Source: Phoronis australis (taxonomy: Eukaryota > Animalia > Phoronida). From it: a stretch of DNA of 64,000 bases. Made by a program: the position numbers and the translations under genes. The stretch covers positions 972,911 through 1,036,910 of the forward strand of contig NMRA01000032.1 of assembly GCA_002633005.1 (NCBI GenBank), read 5' to 3'. Below are positions 14,027 through 27,472 of this stretch, piece by piece; the first letter of the stretch is position 1, and the number at the start of each line of letters is the position of its first letter. A model generated the notes under the pieces. It made no database searches and was not told where the DNA came from. It worked only from the letters and a program-made list of their open reading frames with translations.

Positions 14027-14729
14027 GTGAGTGGACGTATAGCTTTGATGTGTACAATGTGATTATTGAGTTAGGTTTGACTGTTTCTCTAATAGGTGTG
14101 TTACAGGTTTTGTGAACTCAGTAACAGATTTAAACGTTTAAATGTGTTCACATGATCCACTGCTGAACATTTGCAATGCGTTTTTAAAGACTCCCCACTG
14201 AGTTAATATGGTCGAGCCAAAACCCTAAAGTTTACACGGTAGTTAATTTAATTAGCAGCTGTGAATCTTTCCATTAAGTAATTAACTGACTTCACTCGGT
14301 CCATTATTGTATCATGCTTAATTAGGAACCCTAATTTGTTGTATTAAGAAGTTATAAAGTGTTTCACTCCAAAACGCTAGCCAATGTTTTTCAATGATGG
14401 CCTAACGTGGCGTTTTCAAGCTGGTATAAACCTGCCTGCTATTAACGAAACCGCTGCATTTGAATTAGGCCACATGTCGCTATGAAACTGATCGCGACTT
14501 ATATCTTACTGACAGTTTAGAGGTGATTTCGGGGCTTCAAAAAAATTGACAGTTGAATTTTGTTGTTTCTCAAGACCATGATTGGCCCGTAAAATGAATG
14601 GCCATGTTGTAGGTTCTTCCCAAGTTTAATGGTGCCAAGTGATTCTAATCATAATTTTCTACTTGGACAGTGGGTTTGCTGGAAGCTTTATTTTGTGTTT
14701 TTCTAATAATGTTTCTTTTTTCATTTCAG

Positions 14730-14820
14730 AGGTCAATTTTATAAAAAATATTTACAATATATTAAGTTAAACGATAAGAAAATAGAGTTCACAAAGCAAG
14801 ACTTGTCTTATCTAATGAAG
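14730..14820 (+). CDS. MGAT1: MGAT1 coding exon
   Basis: tttcAG acceptor and AAG|GTAAGT donor. Encodes GQFYKKYLQYIKLNDKKIEFTKQDLSYLMK. Confidence 0.95.
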
Positions 14821-14851
14821 GTAAGTCATAAGGTTCCAGATATTTTTGTTA

Positions 14852-15142
14852 CGGTAAAAATTCTGCAATTTGGGACAGTGAAAAATTAATTGTTTTGCTC
14901 AATGTCGGAGCTTGTCCCATATTCTAGAAATAGTCAATATCGACCGTCCCAAATTCAATGGTTACTGGAAAGACGTCAAAATTACCCACTCTGTTGATTG
15001 AAAACGTCTGAAATTTGAGAAATGTGGTAAACGCCAAATTCATCTTTGTCCCAATTTCCAGAATCAAAAAAAAATTAAAATTTTCTGGGAGTTTCGGTGT
15101 CCCAAATTCTAGAGAATTTCCTAAATTGGAGAATTTTTACCG
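14852..15142. mobile_element. MITE with CGGTAAAAATTCT TIRs and TA flanks
   Basis: TA|CGGTAAAAATTCTGCAATTTGGGA ... TCCTAAATTGGAGAATTTTTACCG|TA. Related decayed copies lie near 4868 and 18770-19115. Confidence 0.7.
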
Positions 15143-15652
15143 TAACTGTTGTTTTTAAACCATACACACCCGAGTTGTAAATTATCAGTATATAATGCTA
15201 TAACTGAATTATCTGTGTTACTTCGAAAAATGCTGAAAATAAACTGCTGTTGACGTGCCTCCACAAAATCTGTTTGTTCAGACAGATAGTCAGTAGCAGA
15301 AAAACAGTCATCAGTTGTCTCATAATTTGTGCAGAATGATCACTTTGACCTTCTTTATCTCCCGTGGCCTGGAGTCGGAAGAAAAGTAACTTAAGGCTCA
15401 AGACAGATATTTGGTCTTACGATCCCACTTGGCAATTGCTGAATAAACGTGTAGCCAAGTTGTGACGGTAGGTTTAGCCACATTGAAAAACGAGGGCCTG
15501 TCTTTACTCATTTGTTTGTATTTATTTGCTGACACTTTGCACTTTTGTTTGAGTGATATTTAATTACTTTTCACGAAGAGGTGTGTGGGGTTAAGACCAA
15601 ATTACTGACGTAAGTCTCGAGTCACTCGTTGTGAAACAGAACCCAGTACATT

Positions 15653-15870
15653 CATTGGCGCACCCAGTGGGGGGACTTGGAGGGGGGGCTCGCATGAGAC
15701 AAAAGTCCACAGGAAGTAGGTGCTGATGCCCAATTCGTAGGTCTGAACTTAGTGGCCCCATTTTTTTATTTTTTAGTCCTTGTTGATTTCTTCCAGTAAA
15801 AGGTAAAAGGTCTGCATACCGAAAAATTCGAGCCCCCCCCCCCTTATATTTTAGGCTGGGTGCGCACATG
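15653..15870. mobile_element. hAT-like MITE with a probable 5-bp TSD
   Basis: CATTGGCGCACCCAG ... CTGGGTGCGCACATG TIRs, G/C-run subtermini and flanks ACATT / ACATC. Confidence 0.65.
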
Positions 15871-15906
15871 ACATCCAATAGATGAAAAACATTGCTCTAT
15901 TTTCAG

Positions 15907-16074
15907 AGTAACTTTGATGTCAGGTTTGTTGAACAAGTTTACAATTGTAAAACGGTCAACATCGACGAAGCTATGGCAGGGAACTTTCCGGAAGAATGTG
16001 TAAGAGTACAGTACTCTGACAAGAACTCATTCAAGAACTTTGCCAAGAGGCTTTCTATCATGGAAGATATCAAG
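15907..16074 (+). CDS. MGAT1: MGAT1 coding exon
   Basis: tttcAG acceptor and AAG|GTAGGA donor, phase 0-0. Encodes SNFDVRFVEQVY...VRVQYSDKNSFKNFAKRLSIMEDIK. Confidence 0.94.
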
Positions 16075-17303
16075 GTAGGAAGACGGTTGTATTTTTAATG
16101 CCTGACTCAACTCAGACTTGAAACTTGTCTTGCTGCATGACAAGAGTACTAATGATAAGTTGACAAAAAGTGTTCAGTTTCTCGAGTGCAGACCCGTGCC
16201 CTGGAGTAAAAAATTATTCCAATCAATCAACTTTCATATGGTCTTTACTTACTTGTCAGAATATTACAATAAGAACTCTTAGCAAAGCCTGCAAACACAT
16301 GTACACTGAGGGATTGTCCAGAATTGATGTTTTTAACAAAAGTGTAGATACAAAATATGTTGTGGGAGAAGAGGAAGAAGCATGCTTGCAAACGTTTGAA
16401 AAATGTTTGCAAAAATTAACTTCAAGAACAGGAAAATCTGTAAAAGTCTTTCGTGAAAGAATATGAGTTTTACCATTTGAATTTGTTTATAATCTCAGAC
16501 AATTCTAAAGTATTCTAGCCTTTATGTTGTGAGAAGTAAGCTCTCTTTAGTACAGCACAGTGTGGAAGAACATTAAAATTTTGTTTTATCAAAGTTTTCA
16601 ACAAGAGTGAAGGGAGATAATTTTGCTTCGTTATTTAAAAATTTTAGATAGTACAGCTATCAGCAACAAAGACATGATGAAAGTTTGAACAATTTTGGCA
16701 ATTCAATGAGCATTTGAAAAATGAAAAAAGTAAAATTTTGGTCATTATTTTTGTCTGAATTTGAGGAAACTACTTTATCTGTCTATTTAAATTTGGACCT
16801 CAATGATAGGAGGTCAAAATCCACTAAGCTGTTAGGCTGCCAAATGATTCAGGGGGTAAACCATGTCATGTGCAAGAGTTGGTTGTACTAATGCTTGGCT
16901 ACCCGGCCAGTCTATCTGGCGATTCAGGGTTCATACAAGTACCACCAAAATATAGATATCACTGTTTGGCTGTCCACTGAGTCAAAAGCTTTCTTCTTGC
17001 ATTGATGACACTGTTAAGTTATGACAGTTAAGACTGAAATTGATGAAATTTTTTAACAGCTCAGTTATAGTTAGACATTTAATTTGAATTATCGATCGTG
17101 TAAAGTTTTGATGTGGTGGATGTATGGCTTGTTTGAATTTTGTTCTGAGATGATCTCGAAAGCCTGTTAAAAGTGATCCCAGATTTGGATGATGAGTGTT
17201 ATATGAAAGTATCATCCAAGGTGTTCCGTTGTACACCCTCATACAGCTGCTTTTAATTTTTTGTTGACATCAATTTCTTGACTTTTTGTCAATTGTCTTT
17301 CAG

Positions 17304-17417
17304 TCGGGTGTACCTAGGACAGGGTATCGTGGTGTTGTTCCCGTCATGGTGGGGTCCAAGAGACTGTATTTAGCACCTCCTGCCAACTGGAAAGGTTACG
17401 ATCTGTCATGGAATTAG
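17304..17417 (+). CDS. MGAT1: MGAT1 terminal coding exon
   Basis: ctttcAG acceptor. Encodes SGVPRTGYRGVV...LAPPANWKGYDLSWN* with a TAG stop, matching the known GnT-I C-terminus (…GYDPSWN). Confidence 0.97.
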   Translation, partial: SGVPRTGYRGVVPVMVGSKRLYLAPPANWKGYDLSWN

Positions 17418-20400
17418 CTCAGGACATTGCCATCAAGACATTCCAGATGTAATACACATGTGATACAACGCGTGCACGCATCTCATTCGTGATTTTCAAC
17501 ACATCGATTAATTGAGCTCACAGGCAAGGTCAATCGGTCGCATGGAATCGATGACTGCTACTGCCCTCTTGCTGATGTGCCACAAATCATAACCTTTTCC
17601 CAACACTCCCCCATTCACCTCAGAAAATGTCACTTTCATCCAATGTGAAGTGACAGTTCTTTACAGAACTGTCATTGTTTCCATGGGACCACATTCCCCA
17701 ACGTGGCACAGTCAGCAACAAGCATGTTTTGCTACAACACCCTTTAGACAAATTCGTTCATGATCAGAGACCATGTTTTGGGTCAGCAGTCTTCTGTTAA
17801 CCAATGCTGGTGGTAGTGAATCAAGAGATTGTGAAGATTCCAAATCTAAGATCTTCGTGTGATGGATATGAAATTTCAAGGTGCACCGTACCTCAACTCA
17901 ACATCACAATGGACAATACTCTTCTGGTGCTAGTTGGCTCTCATGCCAGTAGAGGCCTCCACGGTCTCCAAACAGTCTTCGCACTAGCCAAGCTCAAAAG
18001 AATGTTTGATTGTCGCTTGCAGTTTTTCATGTCGTAGGTTATTAAGGATTAACAAGAGGTGTAATGTTATAGTAATACTCAGGATGAGAGTGATGATTGT
18101 ATGGCATTGTAATTATGGGTGGCTAGAAATTCATAAGGTGTGGTAAGTGAAGCAAGGAATCTTACTGTGGTAATTAATGCCTGCATTCAAGTAAATCACG
18201 TGTCCCGTTATCATACGAACGCCCGGTGCTGATGACATGCTTTCTACTCTCCACATATTCTGAAAACAAAAAGAGCGGTCTTTTTCGATAAGCAATATCT
18301 AGTGAATATCAAGTTGCATCTTGTAAGTATTGACAATGTTATTTGGGTATTTGTCGTTAAAAACAGCGAAAATGTTTCGTGCAATTGAGCCTGTGGCTAA
18401 GTACTAACCCTTAGTGATTTATTTGCAAATTATGTCTATTGTCAGGCTATTATTAACATCCAGTGCTTTTTTATTAAATATGCATGCTGTTAGAATTGTT
18501 GCAGTCCGTGTGGTACCTAAAACTGATAGAAACTCAACATTGATTCTTGTGTATTTTCTAAGGGCATGCTTGAACTTTCAGTTATTTGTCCTGCCCATTG
18601 TGAACAAGCAAAGTTTCAACAAATTACCATGAGACAATATGTTTGATTCGTTGATTGTTATAATGTCTCATTCTGAAGTTGCAAATAATCCTAATTCTGG
18701 TTGGGTACAGATTGTTATTATTTATGTTGTTGGAATTAACTAACAGTGTTCTTGTCATAGCGCTGCGAAAGGTAAAATTTTCCAGAATGGACAATCCCTA
18801 TAGTTTGGGACACTGAAATTCTAACCAAAATTGAATTTTCTCGATTCTGAAATGTGGGACATGTACAGTTTTAATGTTTTTTATATTTCTCAAATGTCAG
18901 ACTCTACGCTTTTGTATCAACTGAAAATAGACTATGCATGAAACCATCAAAAGTATCTACTAATGCAATGTTTCCATGGTTTGCAACATCAAAGTGATTG
19001 TTCATAATTTGTGAATTTGGGATGGTCAATAGTGTATTGTTTCAGGTTTTGTGAAAGGTCTGACGTAGAGCAAAATTATTCATTTTCCACTGTCCCAAAC
19101 TGGGGAATTTTCAGCATACTACTATTAAAGCGTGGGTTCCATGACCGATCGTAATTGTTAGCCTTCTTTCATTTTATTTCTGCCTAGAGATGGGACATGA
19201 CCAGTCTCGCATTATAGTCGTCTTTTTGTTGTCTCTTGAAAATTTGCTCCTTGCTTGTTCACTGGAGGATAGACAAGTATGCCACAAATTCAAGCGTGTA
19301 TGCCTTAAGCCTGTAAACTGGCTGAATGATAATGTTATTTATCAATTTTGTGCACAGTATTTAAGGAAATTGTCAACCTTTCTGTAATCATGTATTCTAC
19401 ATTTTTATTGCTTCTCATGTTTCTTTAAAAACTTTATTCATGCCTCAAATGTGGAAGTTGTTTGAATGATTTCAATTGATTTCTATTGGGTGACTAATAT
19501 TGGCCATTTTCAGACCTTGGATATTCGACATTTACAATTTTGAACATCAATTTCTCTTTAGTGCATGGATTGATTCACATAAAATTTTAGCTGTGTGGCC
19601 TAGGGACCCAGTTTAAGATATTTTATTTTCCTTCAAACAGCGAAGATATTGCCCGTCAAAAGTGAAGACCTGCGACAATGCTTTAAGCAGGCTCTTAGAT
19701 GGCCGATTTGTTGTTTGAGGGTAAATCAAAAATCAGAGGTGCGGTTCCCAGCATGTTAAGTTGTCAACAGTTAAGAGTTTTTATAAATTCAGTCACGTGA
19801 TAATTAACGAATGTGTGATTTCTGAAGACATGAATTAAGATTTTTCCGTCATTGAGGACTGAGAAAATATCTACTTTTGGTGGTTGAAAATGAATAGCTA
19901 AAAAGTTTTCCCATGAAGGTTGACAATTTTGTTAAAGCAATTTCTTCAGGTTTGAGGTCCACTTTGTGGGTCTGTTTTCTTGAGGTGATATTTGCATTCA
20001 TGCAACTTGTTCTCAGGGTTGCATACATAATCCGCATGTTTCTCCGGTCATTGTTAACATACTTAGCCACTTTCTCTTTGAATTTAAATTAATGTTAGAG
20101 ACTTGGGGTCCATTCAAAGAAAACCAACCTAACATTTGTCTCAATCTCCAAACTTCCACATCCAGTAAGTTGTGTCAAATTTAAGACCAAACTTAAGTCA
20201 AAAACTTAAATCAAACTTAAGATCATTTTCTTGGAGTGCACTTGAGACAAACTTAAAGTTGATAAAAGTTTAAGATTTGTCTTAGCTAAATCAGTTTTCT
20301 TGGAACAGGTCTTTGGTTTAAAGAAACTGAAGGGCGTACTAAATGTCTTGCAACTAGTTTTGTGGTGGAATGGGAAAGATGGTTGTGGGTTACAGTTGGC

Positions 20401-22419
20401 GTTTTTTTGGTGTTTTAGATTGAGAAATTTGTTGTTTTCATTGGTATCAGGAAGAGATAACCAGGAAGGGACAACTGTTTTAGCGCATTTTAACGTATTT
20501 TCAAAGGTGATTTCAAAAGTAAATGTTAAAGTAGTCTGGAATCCAAGCATTGTGTTTGAAAGCTTAACTCTTTAGCTATAAAATGACACCACTTTTGTCC
20601 CCAAAGACTTCATATTAATGGCACTGGGATGCTTTGAACATGACTTGTTTTACCCTTCCAAAAGATGCCTCTTCCCAGGCATGTACTCGGGCATGATCCT
20701 CTTTTTTGAACCAACAGNCTTTTATGAGTTAATATTAAGAAATTTTCAGTTTAGGAAAACTATAGTAGAAATGGAATTTTCATTTTGGCAAATTGGTCAA
20801 TGAAAACAACTTTTAAAAAAATTTACTGGCACAGTTTTTGTGGTACTCTTGTCACCAAATGTTCGCTAAGACTTTGAGCACTGGCAGCATTGTAGGAAAC
20901 CTTTGAAAAATGGAAAAGGGCAAATATTAGTAATTATTTTTGTTCTACATTGCACATTTTTAAGACAAATTTATTCCAGTTTTACTGCTATTCTGCAGGT
21001 AAAGGACTACCTGTAAAAGTTAATTTTAGAAATGGTCTATTTTGTCAAAGTACAAACATCAGAGTTTTATTTTTTTAATATCATGCTTTTGTAGACTGAT
21101 CGCACCTGACAGTTATGACAACGTGTTTAATGGCATGATGATGAGGCTAACACTGATAGTGACAACAGTAACAGTAACATTGGTTGACATACCATTGCAT
21201 TTTGAAACAAAAGGAATTTAAAATTGAATGAAATTTTCAAGTATGTATAAGGTTCTACAATGAGCAACAAATATCTGATTACTTCAGAAAACTGGCAGGT
21301 CGTTCTTGTCACGTAATTTCCCATCCGAGACTTTTGCCTCATGAGGGCCGGTGCTAATGCTGTTGGAAGCGCATGTTGATGTGGTTTCATTTTAAATGTA
21401 TATACGTCATCGCCATCCCATTGTCGCATTAAAAGTTTTCTCTTCATTCATCACTGTGTGTGCCTTAAATGTTAGCTGTAATCTATTAAATAGATGTTTT
21501 TATTAGACCAGTGTATTCGGGTCATTTATGATAAAAATGTGATTTAGAATTATAAATCAAGTGCAAAAATTTGTTCCTCCGAACCAATAATAACTCTTTT
21601 TCAGTCTTTGGCCTAATTCGTTGTAATTCATTAATGTACAGTTTCTTGTCATTTACGATTTTCTGGCACAAAGCCATATAGCTCGCTTGTTTCACTAACG
21701 GTATGTACTCACTCATATCCCAACTACAAATAATCTTGCTTAAAATCCAACTACTCGATATTTCAGTGAAGATTGTATTGAAATTTTATGGAGCTGTGTA
21801 ATTGTTGTCAAGATTAATTTGCATTGTTAGGTGTTCTGATTATTATTTTTTTTGTAGATTAGAGCATTTTGTGAATTTGAGTTTTGCAAGAAATGAGGTG
21901 ATAGTCCCCAAGTTTATTTCATCCTATTGAGAGGCTTTATGTTGAAGTTATTGCTGGGTTAGTTTGCAGCTAGTTGGTCAATATGGTGATATGCACAGTT
22001 TCCCCCGAGATTAATCCACATTTGTTATGTAGGAGGTGTTCGCTTGTCTCAGTGGCTGTATATAAGCATTACCTGAACTTGCATGTCAGTTTTATAAGTT
22101 GCTAGTCATGACATTTGTTGAAGGTTGTTGTGTGGATATCAACTGTGTTTACCTGTCAGTAATGCATGGAAAAGTGACGTCTCTTGACCAGACCTAGTAA
22201 GGAATTAGTACTGTATGTAACTTTGTCTTCAAAACATTTCTGTAATACTTGTATGAGCCTTTTTAATACCGTAGGATAGTAGTTTTTCATGTTTGCCTTT
22301 AGAGAAAAATCAAAAGGGATAAGCGAAGCGACTTGAAATTCCCTGGGTGAGGTCAATCAGACATTAGTCCTGCCTGTGTAAATGTATAAGGTTCAGGTAG
22401 TCATATTGGACCCTTGGCC

Positions 22420-22471
22420 CACACACACGCACGCACGCACGCACACACACTGACACACACACACACACACA
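22420..22471. repeat. Compound (CA)n/(CACG)n microsatellite
   Basis: cacacacacgcacgcacgcacgcacacacactgacacacacacacacacaca. Confidence 0.9.
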
Positions 22472-22830
22472 CAACCATGCGGATTATCTGCTTCATGTTC
22501 ACAATATATTCAGTTAAGAAATTGGAGTGTTCTCATTATTATTGCGGTTTGATCATTTTTGTATATTTTGCTTCCTCTGAAAAGTGTTATGATCTTGTTA
22601 AGGAAGTTCGCTTAAGAAACAAATGAACAACTTTTCACACTTCCAATCCTGTTTGGAAGTAGCACAACACAGACACAGTACTCCTGTGCCTGAATCAGTG
22701 TTGTATCAGTTTTATTGTCTCCTGTGTGTGTGTGTGTCAACCATTGGGCTTAGTTATCAGAACAAGACAATCAACAGAACACAGAGAGATAATATTCCTT
22801 TTCAAAAGATGGGCTCCTATTCAGTCAGTG

Positions 22831-22844
22831 GCGCCACCTAGTGA
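22831..22844 (-). promoter_or_regulatory. CTCF-like motif
   Basis: Reverse strand reads TCACTAGGTGGCGC (1 mismatch). Confidence 0.4.
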
Positions 22845-25800
22845 GTATCAGTCGCCCTTTTAAGAAATGCCAACCCTTTATCATGTTGGCTTAATTGTAA
22901 TTTAATCTGGTGATTTAAACTTAACCTATTTCGCCTTGAGAACTGTTGTCATTTTGTTCAAATGCAATGGCATCTGTTATTCACTGCTGTAGTACCCTAT
23001 TCATCTGGGTTAATGGTCATGTTCAGCTAAATGTCTACCACAGGTTAATGTTCCAGATTTTCAATCTTAAATGCTCACCCTTGCTTTACACACCTGGGTC
23101 TTGTAGTACAGTGTCATTGGGGTGGCTCGCTTCAGATCCCAAAACTCGCCCCATTTGCCGTGCTTGTGGTCCTCTGCCAAGCAGTAAACTGTCTGCATTC
23201 CATTGATATTTCATTCAACTCTTGCATGTGAAGAGTCTTACTAGTACAAAAACGCAACTCTCTGATCACTAACCCAAATTATTGGGTAAACCACACCTCC
23301 GCTTCAAAAAAATATCCTTTAATCGCACATGCCTGACTCTGTGCTGGGTCCCTGATTTTTGAGTTTTTAGTTTAAATGAGCTGGGCATTAACCCATAGGA
23401 ATTTGTTAATGTCATTTGAAGGTTTAGTTGAAGATGTATGCAAAGTTCTACTGTGTGGATCAGCAGGAAGTACTATTTCTGAAATGTGATGTCACTATAT
23501 ATGAATATGTTACACTGAGTCGAAATTGCTGGTAGTTATTACTGAGAATTATGTGTTGACATTCCTTTGAATATAAGTGACCTAACTGCCACCATGTATT
23601 TTCTATTGTGGGTTTCATCGTGTCTGGTTCTAATGCTTGCACTGTTTAGAGAGTATGGTATTTTTCCACTTGTTTTGCACAAACATAATTCCCAAAATTG
23701 TAATTTTTCAAGGGCTAATAACGTGGCTGCAAGTAATGGAATCTAGCAGTACAAACCATGCTACCAACGTATTTTTTAATCTTTACCAACCATGTTGTAA
23801 ATAAAAGTTTTGTTAGTTCCAAGAGCAGTTGGCTACCAGACTATTTTCACAGCATTCTGGCTGGTCTCTCTCTTTTGTACATAGGTGGATCTAGGATGCC
23901 ACGACGAGGCCATCTTATAAATGACAAACCTTCGTGAAAGCCCGATTCGATTTTTATTGATTTCTTTTTTGTCAGGTGCAGAGGGAGCCGGGGGTAGGGC
24001 CTCTCATCTCACCCCCCCCCCCCCCCGCCACCCCGTCGCTAAATCATCCCGTGCGTGAAATGCGTTTTTTAAGACCATTCGTTCATATCTTAGATCACAA
24101 ACGAGGTTGCCGTAAAACTTCCTCAAAGTCAAACAAAAATGATCGTCAATTGTCACTTTCCAAAAGCACGCTGTACAATTAAAATGCTCAAAAATTCATC
24201 ATGTCTTTGTAGGTGACAGTTGTACAATATAAATTGTGCAAAGTAATTTTTTCCTGTTGTTATTGATGAGTATTTTGATAAAATAAAATTCCAGTGTTCC
24301 ACCCTACTGTCTTGTAAATTGAAACTACAGTAGTATTTCGTGGTAGGAGCCCGTGCTACCCATAGAAGATGTATATGTGACGTGCCACTTAAAAGACCAG
24401 TTTTCCTGCGAAAGAGTCCCTTTTCGAAAAGGGTGCCTTTGGCCATTCAATTCCCTAGAAAAGGGTTCACCTCGAAAGTTTGGAGCCCTGCAACGTGTTC
24501 CTTTTTCCAACTACACTAGCAAGTTTGCGGAAGAGTTTTTGCATTAGGGCCTGTTTGCCTGTTCAAAGGTTTGCTTGGAAAAGATCATGTACTCATTTTT
24601 GAGAACATGGCATTCATCTCCCATGGGTTGAAAATCTGTTACCTACGAATCCCTGCGAAAGGGGTTACGTTTATGAATTTAATCGTTAGGTACGTGTATT
24701 TTTGGAAACTGTCGAATATTTTTGTGCACTTGCGAAAATTTGCAGCTGTTATGTAACTATGGATAGTCGTGAAAGATTGTGGTTTGCACTGATGAAGAAT
24801 TCACCATGAACATATCCAACAAACATTTTTGTGAATTTTTTAAAGAAATGTCAATCTAAAGATGGTGAAGTTTGATAAATAAATACGTCTTTTTAATCTA
24901 TATGGCTATATCTCAACAATGCTTAATACAGCCCTTCATGCTATGCAAATGCTGTTAGCTCCCAATAAAATCAAACAAGATATCGTGAAATAATCGATTA
25001 TGTCATTGTTAAAGTGAAAACATCCCAATATGTCTCGTCCAAATAAACAAAAATTTACATGAAAGTATATACTTAAGTATTTTGACAGCAGAAACAAAAC
25101 TTGTGTGCATAGCATATACAACATACATTGAGTTACAATTTAAACCAAACTGCAAAATTTAATGCATAGGAATTGCATTTTCAAGAATTCTTACTTTCTG
25201 TTTCACTGTTCTTATGTCACAGCTCTGCATCTGCTCTCTTTCTTTTTGTAGCTGCCCATGATAGCTCGGCAGCAACGTTCCGTGAGAGTGTCGCGAATTG
25301 GTGAAAATATTAGGTCCTACATCGTTATTTCCGAACTCTCGCCAAGTTGACTCCATTTCCCCGGTTGCGATTTCAATAGTTGTACCCCACAGGGCCTGAA
25401 ATTTTTTGCCCGGCTTCTTTTTTTTCACCGGGGGTTAGGCACTAGCAGATATGATTATCAGTAAGAACAACAAAACAATGGGGACGTCTGACTTCTGGAC
25501 GTAGCCAAAGAGCGCTCATCTGTAAGAGAATTTTGAACAGGGAAGAGCGTAAAGAGACGACAAGTAAAACTTTTTTTAGTTTTCGCTTGTCTGGGTTATT
25601 AAATAATCTCAGGGCTAATATCAGAGGACTTTGCCAAAACGCAAAATTATTTATTGTCGTAGGTCCATGGCGCAGGACATTTTGGCCATCATGCGCCTAC
25701 ACTCGCGATATTGCGTTTTTTTCTAAAGATTGTTTAAAGTGCTCAAGTGTTTCGCAGATGCAGGCGCTAGAGGTTAATTTGGAACTGCATCTGAATGTTT

Positions 25801-27199
25801 GCGTTTCCAAGTCACGTCGTCATCTAATGTAACACACAGCTCATTGAACCTTGAAAGCAAAGATTTCACACGCAGGGGAGCGCACGCAGAGATAAAAGCG
25901 CAGTTTCCACAAGCGTATGAAGCGGCTAAGATACAGGAGCACCGGGTCTCCGATCAGTTTGAAATGGTTGAAATTGCCACCGCAAGATGTCGGTGTTGTC
26001 AAATGTACGACCTCTGTCGACTGAAAGCTCGCCCGCTTTCGTCTGCAAAAAGTCGACTGTGCGTGGAGAACTGACGAGAAAAGTGGAAACAAAACTACAG
26101 GAGTTTGAAAGGTAATTGGCTTTATTGCGTCTCTCAATTGAAATCTCTAAATCAGGAACCACAAAATTCGGTTATTACCTCGAATTCGCCCTGTTTGTAG
26201 GTTAAATCCATGAAATCATTTTATATTCGTGATCGACTGTGCATTTCCCGTCTTCTGCCTGGCTGGCCGACTTCTCAATCTCTAATTCAACACCGTGTAT
26301 TGCGATGATTGCGGTTTTCGGTTTGGAAGATTTCCTGGGTGGCTCAGCTGCTCATAGAGATTTCAAGGCGCATATGGTGAGCATGCGACTAAAAACAACA
26401 CAACAATAAAGTGTGAATTGTAACCAATCAACACAATTTGCTAAGCTCGAACGGAGCTGAAGCCTTCAGTGAAGGTCCATCCCAATGTTTTTCCCAGATT
26501 TTGGGAAATGGACATAAAGTGGAAAAAAGTCTCTGTCAGTATTACTATCGAGGCAAAGTACTTGTTGAGTATACTACTACTTATAAAAGCAAATTCCCGT
26601 AGGGTATTTATAGACCACAAACGATCACGCCTGGTTATATTCCGCTTCTGACTTACCTCAACGGAATCAAATCGTCAGCCATCTCTAGTCTGTAAACCAA
26701 CCCTGTTTAAGAGCTGAGTATATACTGTCTCAAAGACACATTGGTAACATAAAAACGATATCAGTAACATGACCAAACTTCGTTTGATATTAATGTTCAT
26801 CATGAAATCTCAAAGCTGCTGTTACAGTTTAAATTTCTAAATTATTTTATTTGCATTTTATACTCGTGATTTTTCGTGAAAATCATAAAAGTCCTACTTT
26901 TGGCGGTCATGCATAAGTGAAAAATTATACAACAATTCCTAACATCGTTTTGGAGAATTAACGCAGTTCATAAAGCATGTAACCACGGTATTTGAACATT
27001 TCATGTTGACTATGGTCAGCCATTTCTGAGATATTGTTCCGAAATTAGCCAAGTTCGCACATTTTCTTAGAATTCTTCATAACCTTGAAGTATAACTTAG
27101 TCTATCAAATTTCCAAAATGGATGGGAAATTGGTCACACAATCTTTTATCGTGCTTCACTCAAGAAGTCGATAATCTGCTAACTGTGTTGACTGTAACA

Positions 27200-27472
27200 T
27201 TGCGTTTTTCGATAGCGGATCGGTCAAAATACGCATTCCTCTGAATGCCGTCGTCGATGTGTATTCTTCATCTTAAATCCTCGTCTGCAATATTTCAATG
27301 ATAAAGTTCTTTCACTCATATTCCGTCCATATTCATTAAAAAACTTACTCGCACTGCCCGATTTATCCGACATTCTGCCAGTAACGCATAATTAGCCGAG
27401 TCGATCACTAGGCAGAATAGAAGATGAGTCTCACTCATTTTCAGTGTGTCTGCAGCGTTACAACACTATCGT
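27200..27472 (+). promoter_or_regulatory. Candidate promoter / 5' leader exon of the second gene
   Basis: CpG-richer stretch ending at a GTAAGT donor (27473). It could splice to the acceptor at 30385. The start coordinate is approximate. Confidence 0.3.

Noticed and set aside
13662-14057. 131-aa minus-strand ORF
   Set aside because: Antisense shadow of two MGAT1 exons and their short intron.
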